Assembly: GCA_010093995.1 (NCBI GenBank)
Contig: ML992501.1
Span: 2,483,320 to 2,547,319, forward strand
Length of the DNA stretch: 64,000 bases
Direction: 5' to 3'
DNA from: Elsinoe ampelina
Taxonomy: Eukaryota
Position 1 is the stretch's first letter. The number at the start of each line of letters is the position of its first letter. Of the stretch, positions 11,228 to 23,754 are shown piece by piece. The notes under the pieces were generated by a model. It had not been told where the DNA came from and made no database searches. It saw nothing but the letters and a program-made list of their open reading frames with translations. The position numbers were made by a program, and so were the translations under genes.

Positions 11228-13823
11228 CTACCCTCTCGCATAAGGATGAAACCCCCTATGCCCCCCCCTCCCACCACCACGATACCCCCTCCCCCCTCCC
11301 CCCGCATTCCTCGGTCCCGTCGGCGCATTCGCAGGCGCATTAGGCGGCTGCCCACCACCCTGCTGCAAAGGCCCACCCCCACCCCGTCCTCGCCCACGGA
11401 ACCCACCCCTACCTCGCCCTCTAAAACCTCCTCCCTGCCCACCGTCATCCATCCCCATCGGCGCCGGCACATCCTCATACATGCCCTCCCAACTACTCCC
11501 CCCGGGGCCCCCTCCCGCGGCACCACCAAACGGACTCCCCGCCCCCTGTCCCTGCGCTTGCCTCTCGTACTTCTGCTGCTCAAACGCCATCTGCTCCTGG
11601 GGCGAGAAGTTCTGCCTGCCGCCCTGGCCCTGGCCGTGTCCCTGCCCACCCCCGCCCCCGCCCTGCTGCATGGCCTGCATCTGCTGCTGCATCATCCTCT
11701 GATCCATCCCCCCGCCTCCTCCCCCTCCCCCGCCACCGTTCTGCTGCATCATGGCCATCATCTGCTGCTGCATCATCGGGTTCATCCCGGCCCCGCCCGC
11801 CATCATCTGCTGCTGCATCGCGTTGAAGTAGTTCTGCATGCGATGCCAGTACGCCGCCATCATGCTGGGCGTCATGTTGGGGCCGCCTCCGCCGGACCCA
11901 CCCGCGCCGCCGCCCATCCCGCCCATGCCGCCGCCCATGGACATGTCTTGGTTGCCCATTCCGCCGCCGCCGCCGCCACCTGTGAAGCCGCCTCGTCCGC
12001 GACCCCGGCCTCGTCCCGCCCCGCCGTCGTCTTCGTTGATCATGTTGCCCCGTGGCTGGGCTTTCTTGACCTCGATGCTCTTGCCGAGAATCTCCAGCGG
12101 GCCCTGCAGGGTGCGGTCCACGGCGGCTTCGCTGTCGAACGTGACGAAGCCGAACCCGCGGGGACGGCCGGTGTCTTTGTCCATCATGAGGGTGGCGTCG
12201 AGGACGCGGCCGAATTGTTGGAAAAAGGTCTTGAAGTCGTGCTCGGTGGCTTCTTGGGAGACGCCGCCGACGAAGATCTTCGAGGTGCGTTCTTGTTCTT
12301 CGCGCGGGATGGCGCGTTTCGGGTCGATGATCTTGCCGTCGAGTTGGTGCTCTTTTACCATGACTGTGTTGACGCATTTGGGGTCGCGGAAGGTGAGGAA
12401 GCCGAAGCCGCGTGAGCGTCCGGAGGCGGAGTCGCGCATGACGGTGCATTCGGAGACTTCGCCGAACTGCGAGAAGTAGTCGCGGAGGGATTCTAGGGCG
12501 GTTAGAGAGGGTAGGGGGGAAGGGTGGGAGAAGGCTCACGGTCTGTGGTTTCCCAGTTGAGGCCGCCTATGAACATTTTGCTGGTCGAGAGTTAGTTGAT
12601 CGCCCTGTACTACACGTGAATGTTCGAAGCGAGGGTGGCGATTGGCGATCCAGTGAGGCATGATCGTTGACAAGATGGCTTGCAGTCTGGCGAACTGATA
12701 AGAGTGTTTTGGGTTTTGACGCAAGCTGAAGAGTCCAGTGTGGAAGGCGAGATTGTGGCATGATCGAATGCTTCATTGGCGGTCGATGGTCATGTGTTTC
12801 GGGAGTAGCTTTTGACGGCAAGTCTTGGTGGCGTCCAACAAATTTGCCCTCCGGACACAAGCTCTCGCCAACACAACCGCAAATGAGGAAGAGACCAGAA
12901 TAGTAACCATGATATCTCGTTTGATGTCTGCTACGAAGGCGTAGTCAACGTTCAATGTGGCTTTATAAAAGCATACCAATCATTGATCTGTCCTGACTCG
13001 CTGCTTCTATCCGGAGCTGAGCTAATCGCTATGATGTGTTTACATCGTCTTATAGCTATTTGCTTGTCCCAGCTGGGGAGCATGTATCGTCGGCTTTGCT
13101 AGGTTCCTGATCGGCTTAGACTGTCCTGGCTCGGTCAACAGACCTTATGCCCGCCATCATGACCTTGTCCCAAAAGACTTGCATGTCAAGACCGCCTCTT
13201 GATTTTCTCGTGCTGTTGCAGGCAGCGAAAGATAACGGTATGCTATAACCTCGACAGCAATTCTGCATTTGCCGCAGCCATGTCCACAGCCTCGACTTCA
13301 CCACCAATTGACCTCTCCAGAGTATCGCGTGTCCAGCAAAGCCTAGATCCAGCCACATTGATCGCCGTGGATGTGTACGTACGGTATGTAGAGTTACTTC
13401 ATAGACAACAAGACTTACCCATCTTCTTTTGTGCCTATCGGCCGCTCTTCATCTTGATGATTGTTCCCGCTGTACGATCCTCCACCGTAGCCTTGACCCT
13501 GATTCGACCAATCTTGACCACCGTGTCCATTCTGTCCATCGTCCTGCTCATAATCACCTTGACCGTTTGCAGTCGCATCATAGGATTGATTGTAATCCTC
13601 GGCTGACTCGGCCTGAACAGCGCTAGGCTCTGCTTGTTGAGCGGGCGCATCTTGTGTCTCTATTGGAGCAGTGGCTTGAGCTGGGGCAGGTTTTGCAGGA
13701 GGTGGTACGTCAACCGCATCGTCATCGGCATAGCTGTCGGACATCAGGATGGTGTTCATCAGAATCATATCATACTCACAGATCTGCGAAGATATCCTCT
13801 TCTGCCTCTGGGCCGTCAGCCAT
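11228..13823 (-). CDS. HRP1: Tandem-RRM hnRNP A/Musashi-like protein (Hrp1/Nab4-like) with Q/M/G-rich and RGG tail
   Basis: Exons 13823-13780, 13733-13419, 12580-12540 and 12492-11228. RRM1 KMFIGGLNWETT...RGFGFLTF, RRM2 KIFVGGV...RGFGFVTF, C-terminal PY-NLS-like RGFHPY. Confidence 0.9.
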
Positions 13824-14225
13824 TGTGAGTCTAAAAAGTGAGTTGCGTGAGATCGCCGGAATGCGCTCTCGCGCGCACAGGTCTGATGACCTCGAACGAA
13901 AACTCGGTCAATCGATTTCGATCGACGAATGTTTGAAGGCTGTAGAGTTTCAAGGGATTGATTGCGACAAGAAAGGAACGATGTTGGAATTGTGCGACAG
14001 GTCTTGAGAAGGAAGTAATGTCAAAGCATGGGAAAGGCCAACAGACAATGTCGAGCGAAGAAGTCAACCTCGAGCTTGGACCCCTCGACGGCCTCGGCGC
14101 AACCTCGGCTGAATGCGGCGCTATTCAAGACATGTCAAGCAACCAACGACATCATTCCTCAAACACCCCACATTCAAGCAATGACTCGGTAACAAGTTGC
14201 TGTCGCAAGGCAGCCCAAGACAAGC

Positions 14226-16273
14226 ATGGCATCCAAGAAAGTACAAGTAAGCCTCAGAAAGCCATATAACGCGAGCAGAGCTAATCAATACTCAGGAGAT
14301 GGTCCAGGTTAGTACCCTTAGAGTGCTGTGCGACGTCGCAGAAGGCTGATGGAGCGTGTCTTGCGTCCAGACCGATCGCAGTGGGTATGGATACGCTTCT
14401 ACGATCTTTATTGGCACAGAAGAGTCCAATTGACCGGGAGACAGCTCTGTTTCACCATTCTGGAGGACAACTTCAAACAGTAGCAAGAAGGGGACCTCAA
14501 GCGGAACGCAGAAAGTCATTGGCGCATCCTACTCTCATGCCGACATTCTGAAGTTCGACCAGTTGTCAGTCAGGGATCGGCGTGATTATAGATCTGGAAA
14601 CTAAACGCAACTAGGAGTGTCTCACGATCCAATTCTACCTCGAATCGCGATTCTGGAGGACGGCCATCGAGTGCGGCATCCAACAGATCACCAGAGAAGA
14701 AGCGAGGAGGGTATCAGAGCTTTGAGCCGGGACAGGACAGCGACTGGCTCGCGGCAGACGATGAGGACGATGAGGACGACGAAGATGTACTTGCGTTGGA
14801 TGAGGATGAAGACGAATTTGGACTTCCCAGCATAGCGAGCATGCGGCGCAAGGGCAAGCGGAATGTGAACAAGAAGAACATAGATCCGGGTGGCTTCCGG
14901 AATACCACCCTCAGCGCGTCAAGCTACAGTCCGAGTCTCGGGACTTGGGCTTTGGACAATGGAGATATCTCAGAGGAGAGAAGTATACCGAACTACCCAA
15001 CTGCCAAGAAGAGCGAGGGGAAGATACTCCGACCGCAGTACAAGGATATTCTGCGAGATCCGGCAAACTCATTACATCTGATCAGTCACCCACCAATACC
15101 TCCCAACGCAACGGCGAAAGAGCGTGAAGCGCATTCGGCGCGAATAGGCAGAATCAATCGCTTCAAGCGACTACTACAATCGACGAATGTTCCGATCGCA
15201 GAGATGAGAGACTCGGCCTGGTCTGGAATTCCCGAGGAAGTTCGCGCCATGTCCTGGCAGATCTTGCTTGGATACCTACCCACGAACAGCGAGCGCAGAG
15301 TCGCGACACTGGAGCGGAAACGCAGAGAATACATGGACGGCGTACGGCAGGCTTTCGAACGAGGCACTGCTGGAAGCGATGCGCCAGTCGAGACGAGCTT
15401 GATGGGCGGAAGACCTTCCACCCAATCTTACAGGGCTAAAGGGCGAGGTCTGGACGAAGCTATTTGGCACCAAATTAGCATTGACGTCCCAAGGACGAAT
15501 CCGCATCTTGAGCTGTACGGGTATGAAGCGACACAACGATCTCTTGAACGGATACTGTATGTTTGGGCTATTCGACACCCAGCTAGTGGCTATGTTCAGG
15601 GTATCAACGATCTGGTGACTCCATTCTGGCAAGTGTTTCTGGCCAGCTACATCACAGATTCGGACGTGGAATCCGGCATGGATCCTGGACAATTACCAAA
15701 GCAAGTCCTGGATGCTGTAGAGGCGGACTCGTACTGGTGTTTGACCAAGCTTCTGGATGACATACAGGATAATTACATTGCGGCACAACCAGGCATACAG
15801 CGGCAGGTAGCTGCTCTCCGCGACTTGACGACCAGGATAGACGAAAGACTGGCGAAGCACTTGGAAGCAGAAGGGGTTGAGTTTATCCAATTCAGCTTCC
15901 GATGGATGAATTGTCTACTCATGCGGGAGATCAGTGTCAAAAACACTGTCCGCATGTGGGACACGTATCTCGTACTTGACCCTCCAAGTCGTATTCATGG
16001 CTCGCGCTAACCAACTCCCAGGCTGAAGACCAAGGCTTCTCCCACTTCCACCTCTACGTCTGCGCAGCATTCCTCGTCAAGTGGTCCGACAAGTTGCTAC
16101 GAATGGACTTTTCACAAATCATGATGTTTCTCCAGGCCCTGCCCACACGGGACTGGACGGAGAAAGACATCGAACTACTTTTAAGCGAGGCGTTTATTTG
16201 GCAGAGCTTGTTTCGTGGGTCCAAGGCGCATATCCAAAAGTCGGCGTCAGGGAACGGGCCCTTGACGTTATAA
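14226..16273 (+). CDS. GYP1: Rab GTPase-activating TBC protein Gyp1 (TBC1D22-like)
   Basis: WSGIPEEVR, QISIDVPRT (arginine finger), GYVQGINDL (glutamine finger), EADSYWC and FRWMNCLL. Introns 14247-14295, 14308-14370, 14385-14444, 14565-14614 and 15972-16021 keep the frame. The 5' exon structure is less certain than the core. Confidence 0.92.
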
Positions 16274-16307
16274 GATGGCATAGCAAGAAATGTAATGAAG
16301 ATCATGA

Positions 16308-17443
16308 TCATGCGTGGCCGTTTGTCTGCTTTGGCGTGTCCGTGAGAGTGATGAGTCCTTCCGCTGGCTGCGACATGTTAGCTCGCCACTCCCACCACGA
16401 AAGTCTAGTACTTACTGGTGAGAACTGCCGCAATTTGACACCAGCCTGCTGGAACAACCTCGCGATCTCAGTGTCCATGTAATAGCTCTTGTTGAAGACC
16501 ACCTCCCTGATACCCACCTGCACAATCTTTATACAGCACGTCAAGCACGGACATGTATTGCAGTATAGCGTGGCATCCGAACCCACCCTCTCCCTCCCTG
16601 CCTCCAGCAAACAGTTTTCTTCAGCATGGATGCAAGCGCATAAACTCAGGGCCGTCCCACCGCCGCCGCCTCCATTGCACCTCGGACACCCACCCTCGTT
16701 GCAGTTCGTGAGGTTGCGGGGCGTCCCATTATACCCCGTGGAGATGACACGCTTCCCCCGCACCAGTACACAGCCTACTTGGCGCCGCATACAATTCGAC
16801 CGCCGAGCAGCGAGGGAGGCGAGTGTCATGAAGTACTGATCCCAAGACGGACGAAGACGGTTCTCATCCGTGAGGTTAAGGGCGTCAAGACACCGGTTCA
16901 GCTTCGCCAACGACGAGGTGGAGTTGAGCAGCTTGATACGAGCCTGTGACGGGAGCGCAGCGAGACCATAGTTCGGGTCGTACATGTGTTGGTCGTCGCG
17001 GAGGACGAATTGCTCCAGTGTTGGCGGCGGTTGGGATAGGGCGACGCAGCGGGTCCGGAAGCGGGTCCAGCGGAGGGAGATGGGGGCGTCGACGGAGATG
17101 AGGATGAAGAAGGGTCGGTGCGAGAGGATGTCGAGGATGTGTTGCGACCAGATGCTGGTGGTGACGAAGTGGGTTGTCCAGGAGGTGGTCACGTGGTCGA
17201 GGAGGGCTTCAGGGGTGGAGAAGGCGCGGGGTGGTGGGGAGGAGGACCGGAGAGTTGCGTCAGAGGCGGACTTTTCTACGGACGGCGTGGATGCTGGTAG
17301 GTCGATTGCGAGAGGTGTGAAGCCATGTTGGTCCACCAGGTAGTCTGCTACGGAATGCTTCCCTGCACAGAGACCTGAGAGAAGGGTGAGGGGGTGAACG
17401 AGATCTGGGTGAAGAGCTTACCTCCACAGATACCGATAAGCAT
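16308..17443 (-). CDS. DCD1: dCMP deaminase with N-terminal P-loop-like domain
   Basis: RPSWDQYFM, RSNCMRRQVG, TGYNGTP, HAEEN and PCLTC zinc-deaminase motifs. Exon 1 17443-17422, introns 17421-17375 and 16415-16368 (48 nt, in frame). Confidence 0.93.
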
Positions 17444-17554
17444 GATTGCAAGGATCGAATTGTCCAAAGAGTCTGAAAATTGGTCTGAAAAATATTATAA
17501 CTGCTGGAGAGAACAGTCCTACCGGCATACCATGATATTGCTCGAGGTGGACCC

Positions 17555-17590
17555 CGCAAAACGCGCGACGTGAATCCACTTTACGCGTGC
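17555..17590. promoter_or_regulatory. MCB-like elements (ACGCGT at 17583-17588, ACGCGCG at 17561) in the DCD1/ATG7 divergent promoter
   Basis: Perfect MluI box about 140 nt upstream of DCD1. MCB boxes are established G1/S elements of fungal DNA-synthesis genes; function here is inferred. Confidence 0.45.
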
Positions 17591-17850
17591 GGTGGACTGG
17601 CGGCCCGCTCTTCCGTTCGACGTCGTCACATGTGTTTCTTGACCGTGCCTGACCTGCCCTGTCCTTGTCATGCGCATAGGTAGTGTCACGGTCATTCACT
17701 CCGACCTCGTGCATGTCAAGTCAGTGAGACTGTAGCTATCTCGACGTTCAGTCTTACTCTTCCGAAAATCACGAAGCGCCTGAATGTGATTTTATCTCAT
17801 CTCACATTCCCCTGCCACCGTAGCGACCCCGCATGCGCAGCTCACCAAAC

Positions 17851-20238
17851 ATGGCTTCAACCACTTCAAACCTGCAATATGCTCCTTGGACGACAGAGAT
17901 CGACCTAGGCTTCTATTCAGCGCTTGCGAAACTCAAGCTTGAAAATGACAAGCTCGAGTCGCCCGTACGAAAGGTTCTGGGAACGTATGAACTCAGACCA
18001 CGAGATGCGCCTGAGCGATCCACATCAATGCAGATTCACACAAGCGCTTTGACCGAAGCCAAGTAAGTCAGGTACTGTGGTATGGTGTGTACAAGCTGAC
18101 ATTCCGCTAGAGTCCCGCTCAACAATTGTCGAAGTGAGGGCATGATACGCAACTTCAACACGTTGGAGGAGTTCAGAGAGTACGACAGATCTGCACATAT
18201 GGAGAGAGCAGGCAGGATGGTGAGTGGAAGCGATGTCTTTGTGTGGCTATCCATTAACCTTAGTTCACAGATCTGGGATGCGATCAATGATGGCTCCATC
18301 TTCTCATGCCCTTCCTTACTTTCTTCATTCTCCGCCATCTGCTTTGCGAATCTCAAGAAGTATACTTTCAATTATCATTTCGCATACCCAGCACTTCATT
18401 CCGATCCGCAATGGAAGCGTCAGACATCGTCCAAGGTACGACAACTATCCTCGAGTGAGACGACACAATTGGTCAGTCGAGTGGGAACCTACCAATACGG
18501 CGTAGACGAACGTCAACGAGGCTTCTTTCTGGTCAAGAGGACTCGACCAGGCTCATCAGCGACGTCTCAGGAGACAGAGGCTTCAAAGCTGCGGGCAGGG
18601 AATGAGGCCAGTGGCAAGCAGGAGACTTCAGCCGATGATGCCGATGCAGAAGAATCCTTCGACAACTCATCAAATCCTTTCCAAGTTGCATCACTAGCAG
18701 CATACGAGAATGGCTTCTTCGATGGTGTGGCAACTGACGATCAGTATGTCTGCTTTGTCGATCCCTCGACGTATCCCGACAATCCTGGCTGGATGTTACG
18801 CAATCTGTTGGTCCTCGTGAGGCAACGGTTCAAGCTCAACAAAGTCCAGATTCTGTGTTATCGCGACACCAATAGCCGCAGAGAGCATCCCACCAGTATC
18901 ATTCTCAACCTCGAATGTGGTGATCAAGCCACACCAATTGAGCCGGCGCAGCAATCACCAAAGGTGACTGGCTGGGAGCGGAATGAGAATGGCAAGGTTA
19001 GTGCACGCACAGTAGACCTGAGTGCCTATCTGGATCCGACTCGGCTTGCAGACCAGGCTGTAGACCTGAATCTCAAGTTAATCAAATGGCGAATCGCACC
19101 TTCAATTGACCTGGACATCATTAAAAACACTTCTTGTCTATTGCTGGGCGCTGGAACTCTCGGATCGTATGTTGCACGGAATCTCATGGGTTGGGGTGTG
19201 AGAAACATCACATTTGTGGACAACGCCAAAGTCAGCTACTCGAATCCTGTCCGACAGCCACTCTACACATTCTCGGACTGTTTAGATGGGGGCGCAAAGA
19301 AGGCAGAGAGGGCGGCCGAGGCTCTGAAGCAGATCTATCCAGGCGTCAACGCTCGAGGCATCATGATGTCTGTACCCATGGCTGGTCATCCGATCACGGA
19401 CGAAGCAGCATCAAAGCGAGATTATGAGCAGTTGTACGAGCTGATCTCGAGCCATGACGCTCTATTTCTGCTCATGGATACACGAGAGTCGCGCTGGCTA
19501 CCCACAGTCATGGCCAAGTCGCTGGGGAAAATTGTCATCAATGCTGCTCTTGGCTTCGACACATACATGGTAATGCGGCACGGTCTACGCACGCCAAAGA
19601 AGCGACGGACATCCTCTTCTTCGTCCGGTCTGCCCATTTCGCATCGCTCACAGGAATCTCATTCAAGACCGACATCACCTACCGAAACGAGGGACCCGCC
19701 ACAGCTCGACGAGTTGGGGTGTTATTTCTGCTCCGACGTCGTTGCTCCCAAAGACAGTCTCAAATCCGCCACTCTCGACCAGCAATGCACAGTCACTCGT
19801 CCTGGAGTCGCGCCAATCGCCTCTGCCCTGGCAGTCGAGCTCCTGGTCTCCATTCTACAAGCACCAGAAAAGGGTGCTGTAGCCGCCCCCGATCCATCAT
19901 CAAAGTCACAAGAGACACCACTTAAGCCGGGAGAAAAGCCTCATCCTCTCGGCACCGTCCCACATCAGCTCCGAGGTTTCATGTCAAACTGGAGCACGAT
20001 GACCATCAAAGGACGGGCATACGACTGCTGCTCGGCATGCAGTCCGAAGATCGTAGGCGCATACGAGCACGACGGGTGGGCGTTCGTCAAGAGAGCGATC
20101 AGTGAGCAAGGCTACGTCGAGGAAGTAAGCGGTCTGGCAGAGGTGCAGAGGCGTGCAGACGAGGTTGCTGATGATGTCGACTGGGATGACGAAGAGGGTG
20201 AGCTCGAGGAGATTGGGGCTGAAGGGGAGCTCATCTAG
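17851..20238 (+). CDS. ATG7: Autophagy E1-like enzyme Atg7
   Basis: [19 protein letters not shown]...[47 protein letters not shown] and catalytic [11 protein letters not shown]. Introns 18063-18110 and 18220-18270. Confidence 0.97.
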
Positions 20239-20380
20239 TCGGTGTCTCGCAGCATTCACATTCCCGCACTCATCAACCACCCCGGGAAACTCTTTTAGTG
20301 ATATGATACATTAAGGTTCAGCCAGGCGTTCAGGTCATCCCATAGCTCTCTCTCCGAACCCCACAACCTCACACTCATGC

Positions 20381-22117
20381 CTACCTCCCCTCCCTCCTCC
20401 TCATAACCTCCAAAACATCCTTCGCACCATCCTTATCCCCCTTGCGTCCCCCCTTATTCCGCGTCCTCTTCCTCTTCTCCCTCCCCTTCCCCCCTCCTCG
20501 CCCCTCCTCATCCCCGTCTCCATCCTTCCCCCACTCAGACAACTTCACCTTCCCCCCTTCCTCCCCGTCATCATCCTCATCAAACCTCCCCCCACCAAAA
20601 CCGAGATCCAGATCCTCGTCGTCGCGCCCCATGCTGGCCATTAGCTCTGCGCGTTTCTTCTTCAGCCGGGCTTCTTTCTCGAGACGCTCGAGGCGGGTGT
20701 CTGCGTCTTCTTCATTGTCGTCGTCGGCGTCGGGTTTCGCCTTGTCACTAGCGTCTGCGGCGGAGGGGTCGGTGGAGTCGCCATCGCCCAGGTGCATTTT
20801 GAATTTTGCCATGTTGCCCGCGCGGGAGATGGCGGAGAGGAAGGAGGGGTCTTGGAAGGGGTTGGCGGTTGGGGCGGGGGTGAGGGTTTCGTCGGTGGAT
20901 GGGGCGGGGCGGGTGGTGGAGAAGTAGTTGCGTGGTTGGGAGGGGTGGGGGGAGGGGAGTGCGGGAGGGGTTGAGGCGTGGGTAGGGTCAGGGGCGCGGT
21001 CGGTGGTAGCTTGAGCTGGGGCAGAGGCTGCTGGGGGCTTGGGCTCGTTGATCTCGCCGTCTTCCGCGTCCGAGTCGCTGGAGTTGCTGGAGGAGGAGTC
21101 GTCTCCGACTAGGCCGGCGAGGGGATCGTAGTCGTCGGCTACGTCGTCGAACATATTGTCAAGAGTATCTTCTTCGGGTGCTGCTGGTGAAGCTTCCTTG
21201 AGCTTCGGCATGACCACGTCTTCGTCCAGGAACTTGACTGATCTGTTCGCCTCCTCGATGAGTTTGTCTGGTGGTGGCGCCACTTTTCGCACCTTCTTCT
21301 TGATCTTGCCGTTCTCGTCCCTTGTGATGATCACCTCGCGGCCTTTGCTGTCGATCATAGTCCGTGGCTTCTCCTTTCGCTCCTCGATCTTCCTGAACTT
21401 GTCTCCTAGATCCGGCCGTGCTTGTAATCTTGCTTGTGCTTCCTGTGCCCTCTTCGCCTTTAGCTCCGCCAGTATCGCGTCTCGGTTTCTCTTCGCTCCA
21501 GTCGCAGCGGTCGCCTCGCTGTTCAGCTCTCCCTTCTTTTCAATCTTCTCCTTCTCCCTGGTCTGCACCTCCTTCGCTTCTAGTTCCTCAAAGTCCTCGT
21601 CTACCGGCTCGTCCGACTTCTCCTCCTCGCCTTCACCGGTCATGACATCCTCCCCTTTCCTCACCCTCTCCAGCAATTTTCGATCCAGTCCTCTCACAAG
21701 ATGCGTGCTCTCCACATCTCCCCCCGCGATCTCCTCGCGCAACCTCTCGAACTCCTCTTCCTCGAGCTCCCCTTGGACGACCTTCCGAGCGAGAGCATGG
21801 ATCCTCCGCTCCTTCTCGTCGCGTACGTCCTCGCTGTCATTGTTTAGGCGCTCGAGAGCACGGTTCGTGTAGCCTTTGCCGAGATCCAAAGTTTTGAGCT
21901 TTTTAGCGGGGCGCTCGAGAGTGGAATCCGAGGAGGCAGCAGTCGATTTGAGGTTGTAGCTTGTCTTGGCTGAAGGGCGTATGTTCCGTGGAATGAAGGA
22001 AGATTTGCGCGAGCCGAGAGAGGTAGTGCGTGGTGGGGGAGGGGAGGCAGAGGTGGGCTTGGTGGAGGGGTGGGAGGAGTTCGATAGCAGGAGTGAGCGG
22101 AAGTCGGAATTGTTCAT
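20381..22117 (-). CDS. RED-like (IK/RED_N) spliceosome-associated protein
   Basis: Starts MNNSDFRSLLL and contains GY.NRA.ER and GGDVESTHLVRGLDRKLLERVR (RED_N signature). Single exon. Confidence 0.8.
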   Translation of the reverse strand: MNNSDFRSLLLSNSSHPSTKPTSASPPPPRTTSLGSRKSSFIPRNIRPSAKTSYNLKSTAASSDSTLERPAKKLKTLDLGKGYTNRALERLNNDSEDVRDEKERRIHALARKVVQGELEEEEFERLREEIAGGDVESTHLVRGLDRKLLERVRKGEDVMTGEGEEEKSDEPVDEDFEELEAKEVQTREKEKIEKKGELNSEATAATGAKRNRDAILAELKAKRAQEAQARLQARPDLGDKFRKIEERKEKPRTMIDSKGREVIITRDENGKIKKKVRKVAPPPDKLIEEANRSVKFLDEDVVMPKLKEASPAAPEEDTLDNMFDDVADDYDPLAGLVGDDSSSSNSSDSDAEDGEINEPKPPAASAPAQATTDRAPDPTHASTPPALPSPHPSQPRNYFSTTRPAPSTDETLTPAPTANPFQDPSFLSAISRAGNMAKFKMHLGDGDSTDPSAADASDKAKPDADDDNEEDADTRLERLEKEARLKKKRAELMASMGRDDEDLDLGFGGGRFDEDDDGEEGGKVKLSEWGKDGDGDEEGRGGGKGREKRKRTRNKGGRKGDKDGAKDVLEVMRRREGR

Positions 22118-22365
22118 GGTGAATTTGAGCGCACGAGGCGCTACGTGAAATATACACGCTCCGGAGGTGAGATGCGCGTGTTGTCGTGGAGCGAAATACT
22201 GCACGGCTATGGGTGTAGCATGGTAGGAACAATTTCACGTGATGCTTGGCGCAAATCTTCCCTCCGTCCATCTCAGAGAGGAATTCATTCTTCGCAACCA
22301 TGATATCTATGTTCCTATACAGCATGCAACGCGATAGTGCAGCGTGATACTATGGAGCTGGGCCA

Positions 22366-23169
22366 TCAAGAAGATGTGGTGTGTTCGTTCATACGCATCA
22401 GACCATCCGACAGCGAACCTCCACGGACATGCTCTGGTCCGCCAGGTCTGCCTTTCTCATTGCCGTAGATGAACACGTCCATCTGGAACAAGAACCCGTG
22501 GCCTCCATCGTGGACAGTGTCGCGGAAATTAGCCATGTTGGCGTATATGGATGGATCTTGATGGCGATCGACGGTGTCTGTGAGATCCACGACCTTTCCG
22601 ACCCAGTAGTCACTATCCTTCAGAAGAGCGCTGGCGACACAGGCTTGATGCATTTCCTCATTCCACCAGTCGGGCAGCAAGTATGGCTTCTTCTCAACGT
22701 CGCGAAGCCAGTGACGAAGCCCCTTCTCGGTGTTGTCTTCTTCCTCATACGTGAAGCGTTTGTCGTATGGTCCTTCCATGCCGTCGGAGAAGTAGCATCG
22801 GCGGCGGAAATTGTCGATCAACAGCTTGAAAACATCCTCGGTGGGCCTGTGGTGCAACCAGAGGCCGGATCGTAGGCGAGTGTACGGATAAGGATTGGCG
22901 ACTTTGATACCGCCCTTCAAGATCATCACTCCGGCAGAATTGGTTGGGCAGGGATCCTGAGAGTCAACCTCTGCAGCGCGGCTGGAGAGACGCTCGTTGA
23001 GAAAAGCCGTGTCGGCACACTCAGCTTTGTGAGTCTGCTTCCAATGACTCTTTTGACATGCGTTACTGCAGTACTTGACGCTCTTGCAGCTTGAGCAGCG
23101 GCGAAGATAGGGAGCTGGCCATCTGCCGCATCCGCTACACTCATTGGCCGGCATGTTGGTGGGAAACAT
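22366..23169 (-). CDS. MYND zinc-finger protein
   Basis: CSGC...CSSCKSVKYCSNACQKSHWKQTHKAEC, followed by WLH...KLLIDNFR and LLPDWW segments typical of fungal MYND proteins. Confidence 0.82.
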   Translation of the reverse strand: MFPTNMPANECSGCGRWPAPYLRRCSSCKSVKYCSNACQKSHWKQTHKAECADTAFLNERLSSRAAEVDSQDPCPTNSAGVMILKGGIKVANPYPYTRLRSGLWLHHRPTEDVFKLLIDNFRRRCYFSDGMEGPYDKRFTYEEEDNTEKGLRHWLRDVEKKPYLLPDWWNEEMHQACVASALLKDSDYWVGKVVDLTDTVDRHQDPSIYANMANFRDTVHDGGHGFLFQMDVFIYGNEKGRPGGPEHVRGGSLSDGLMRMNEHTTSS

Positions 23170-23754
23170 GGTGGCTGAGATCGGCTAACAAGTCCTTGGT
23201 GAGATTGTGAAGATGTAACGAGGTGGAGATTAGGAAATGGAAACAGATGATTGCTGAAAGTCACTGACCAACGGAAGGTCTCATGCTAGAAACTTGCCAG
23301 ATTCGGACAACAAACGCCGCCAGAGGCTCCTGACATCGATTGTCAGAAACACGACATCAAAAGTCATCGACAGTATAGGCAACATAAATACTTGCGACAG
23401 TTTACGGCATTCTCGGACTGATCATCTTCCTACAACCGACATGGGGTGTATCAAAACTGTGATCCGCTGCATCATATTGCTCGATCACTTCCCAGCGTGT
23501 TGAGATGGATTAGACGGAGGCGGCACAAGCAAGGGTGGCTGCTCTGTAATTATGTTATAAGATCTTGGTCTCAAGCAAGGTGTCCAGATGGGCAGACTCC
23601 TCTCGGCCGGAAACGTCTCCATTCCAACACGTCGTAAGGACGGAATGCAGCCTATGATTTACTCGAGCGACGGGTCTACGCGTGAGCTTAGCACGCGGTA
23701 TAAAGGGCCAGCAGTTCGAGGACCACGCTAGACCATGGTTCATCGAGGAGAACC

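Noticed and set aside
11222..12539. Long overlapping ORFs (397, 319 and 213 aa) over HRP1
   Set aside because: GC-rich low-complexity shadow frames of the Gly/Gln-rich RRM gene.
22118..22204. Upstream GTG-start extension of the RED-like ORF
   Set aside because: MNNSDFR at 22117 matches the expected family N-terminus and has a good ATG context.
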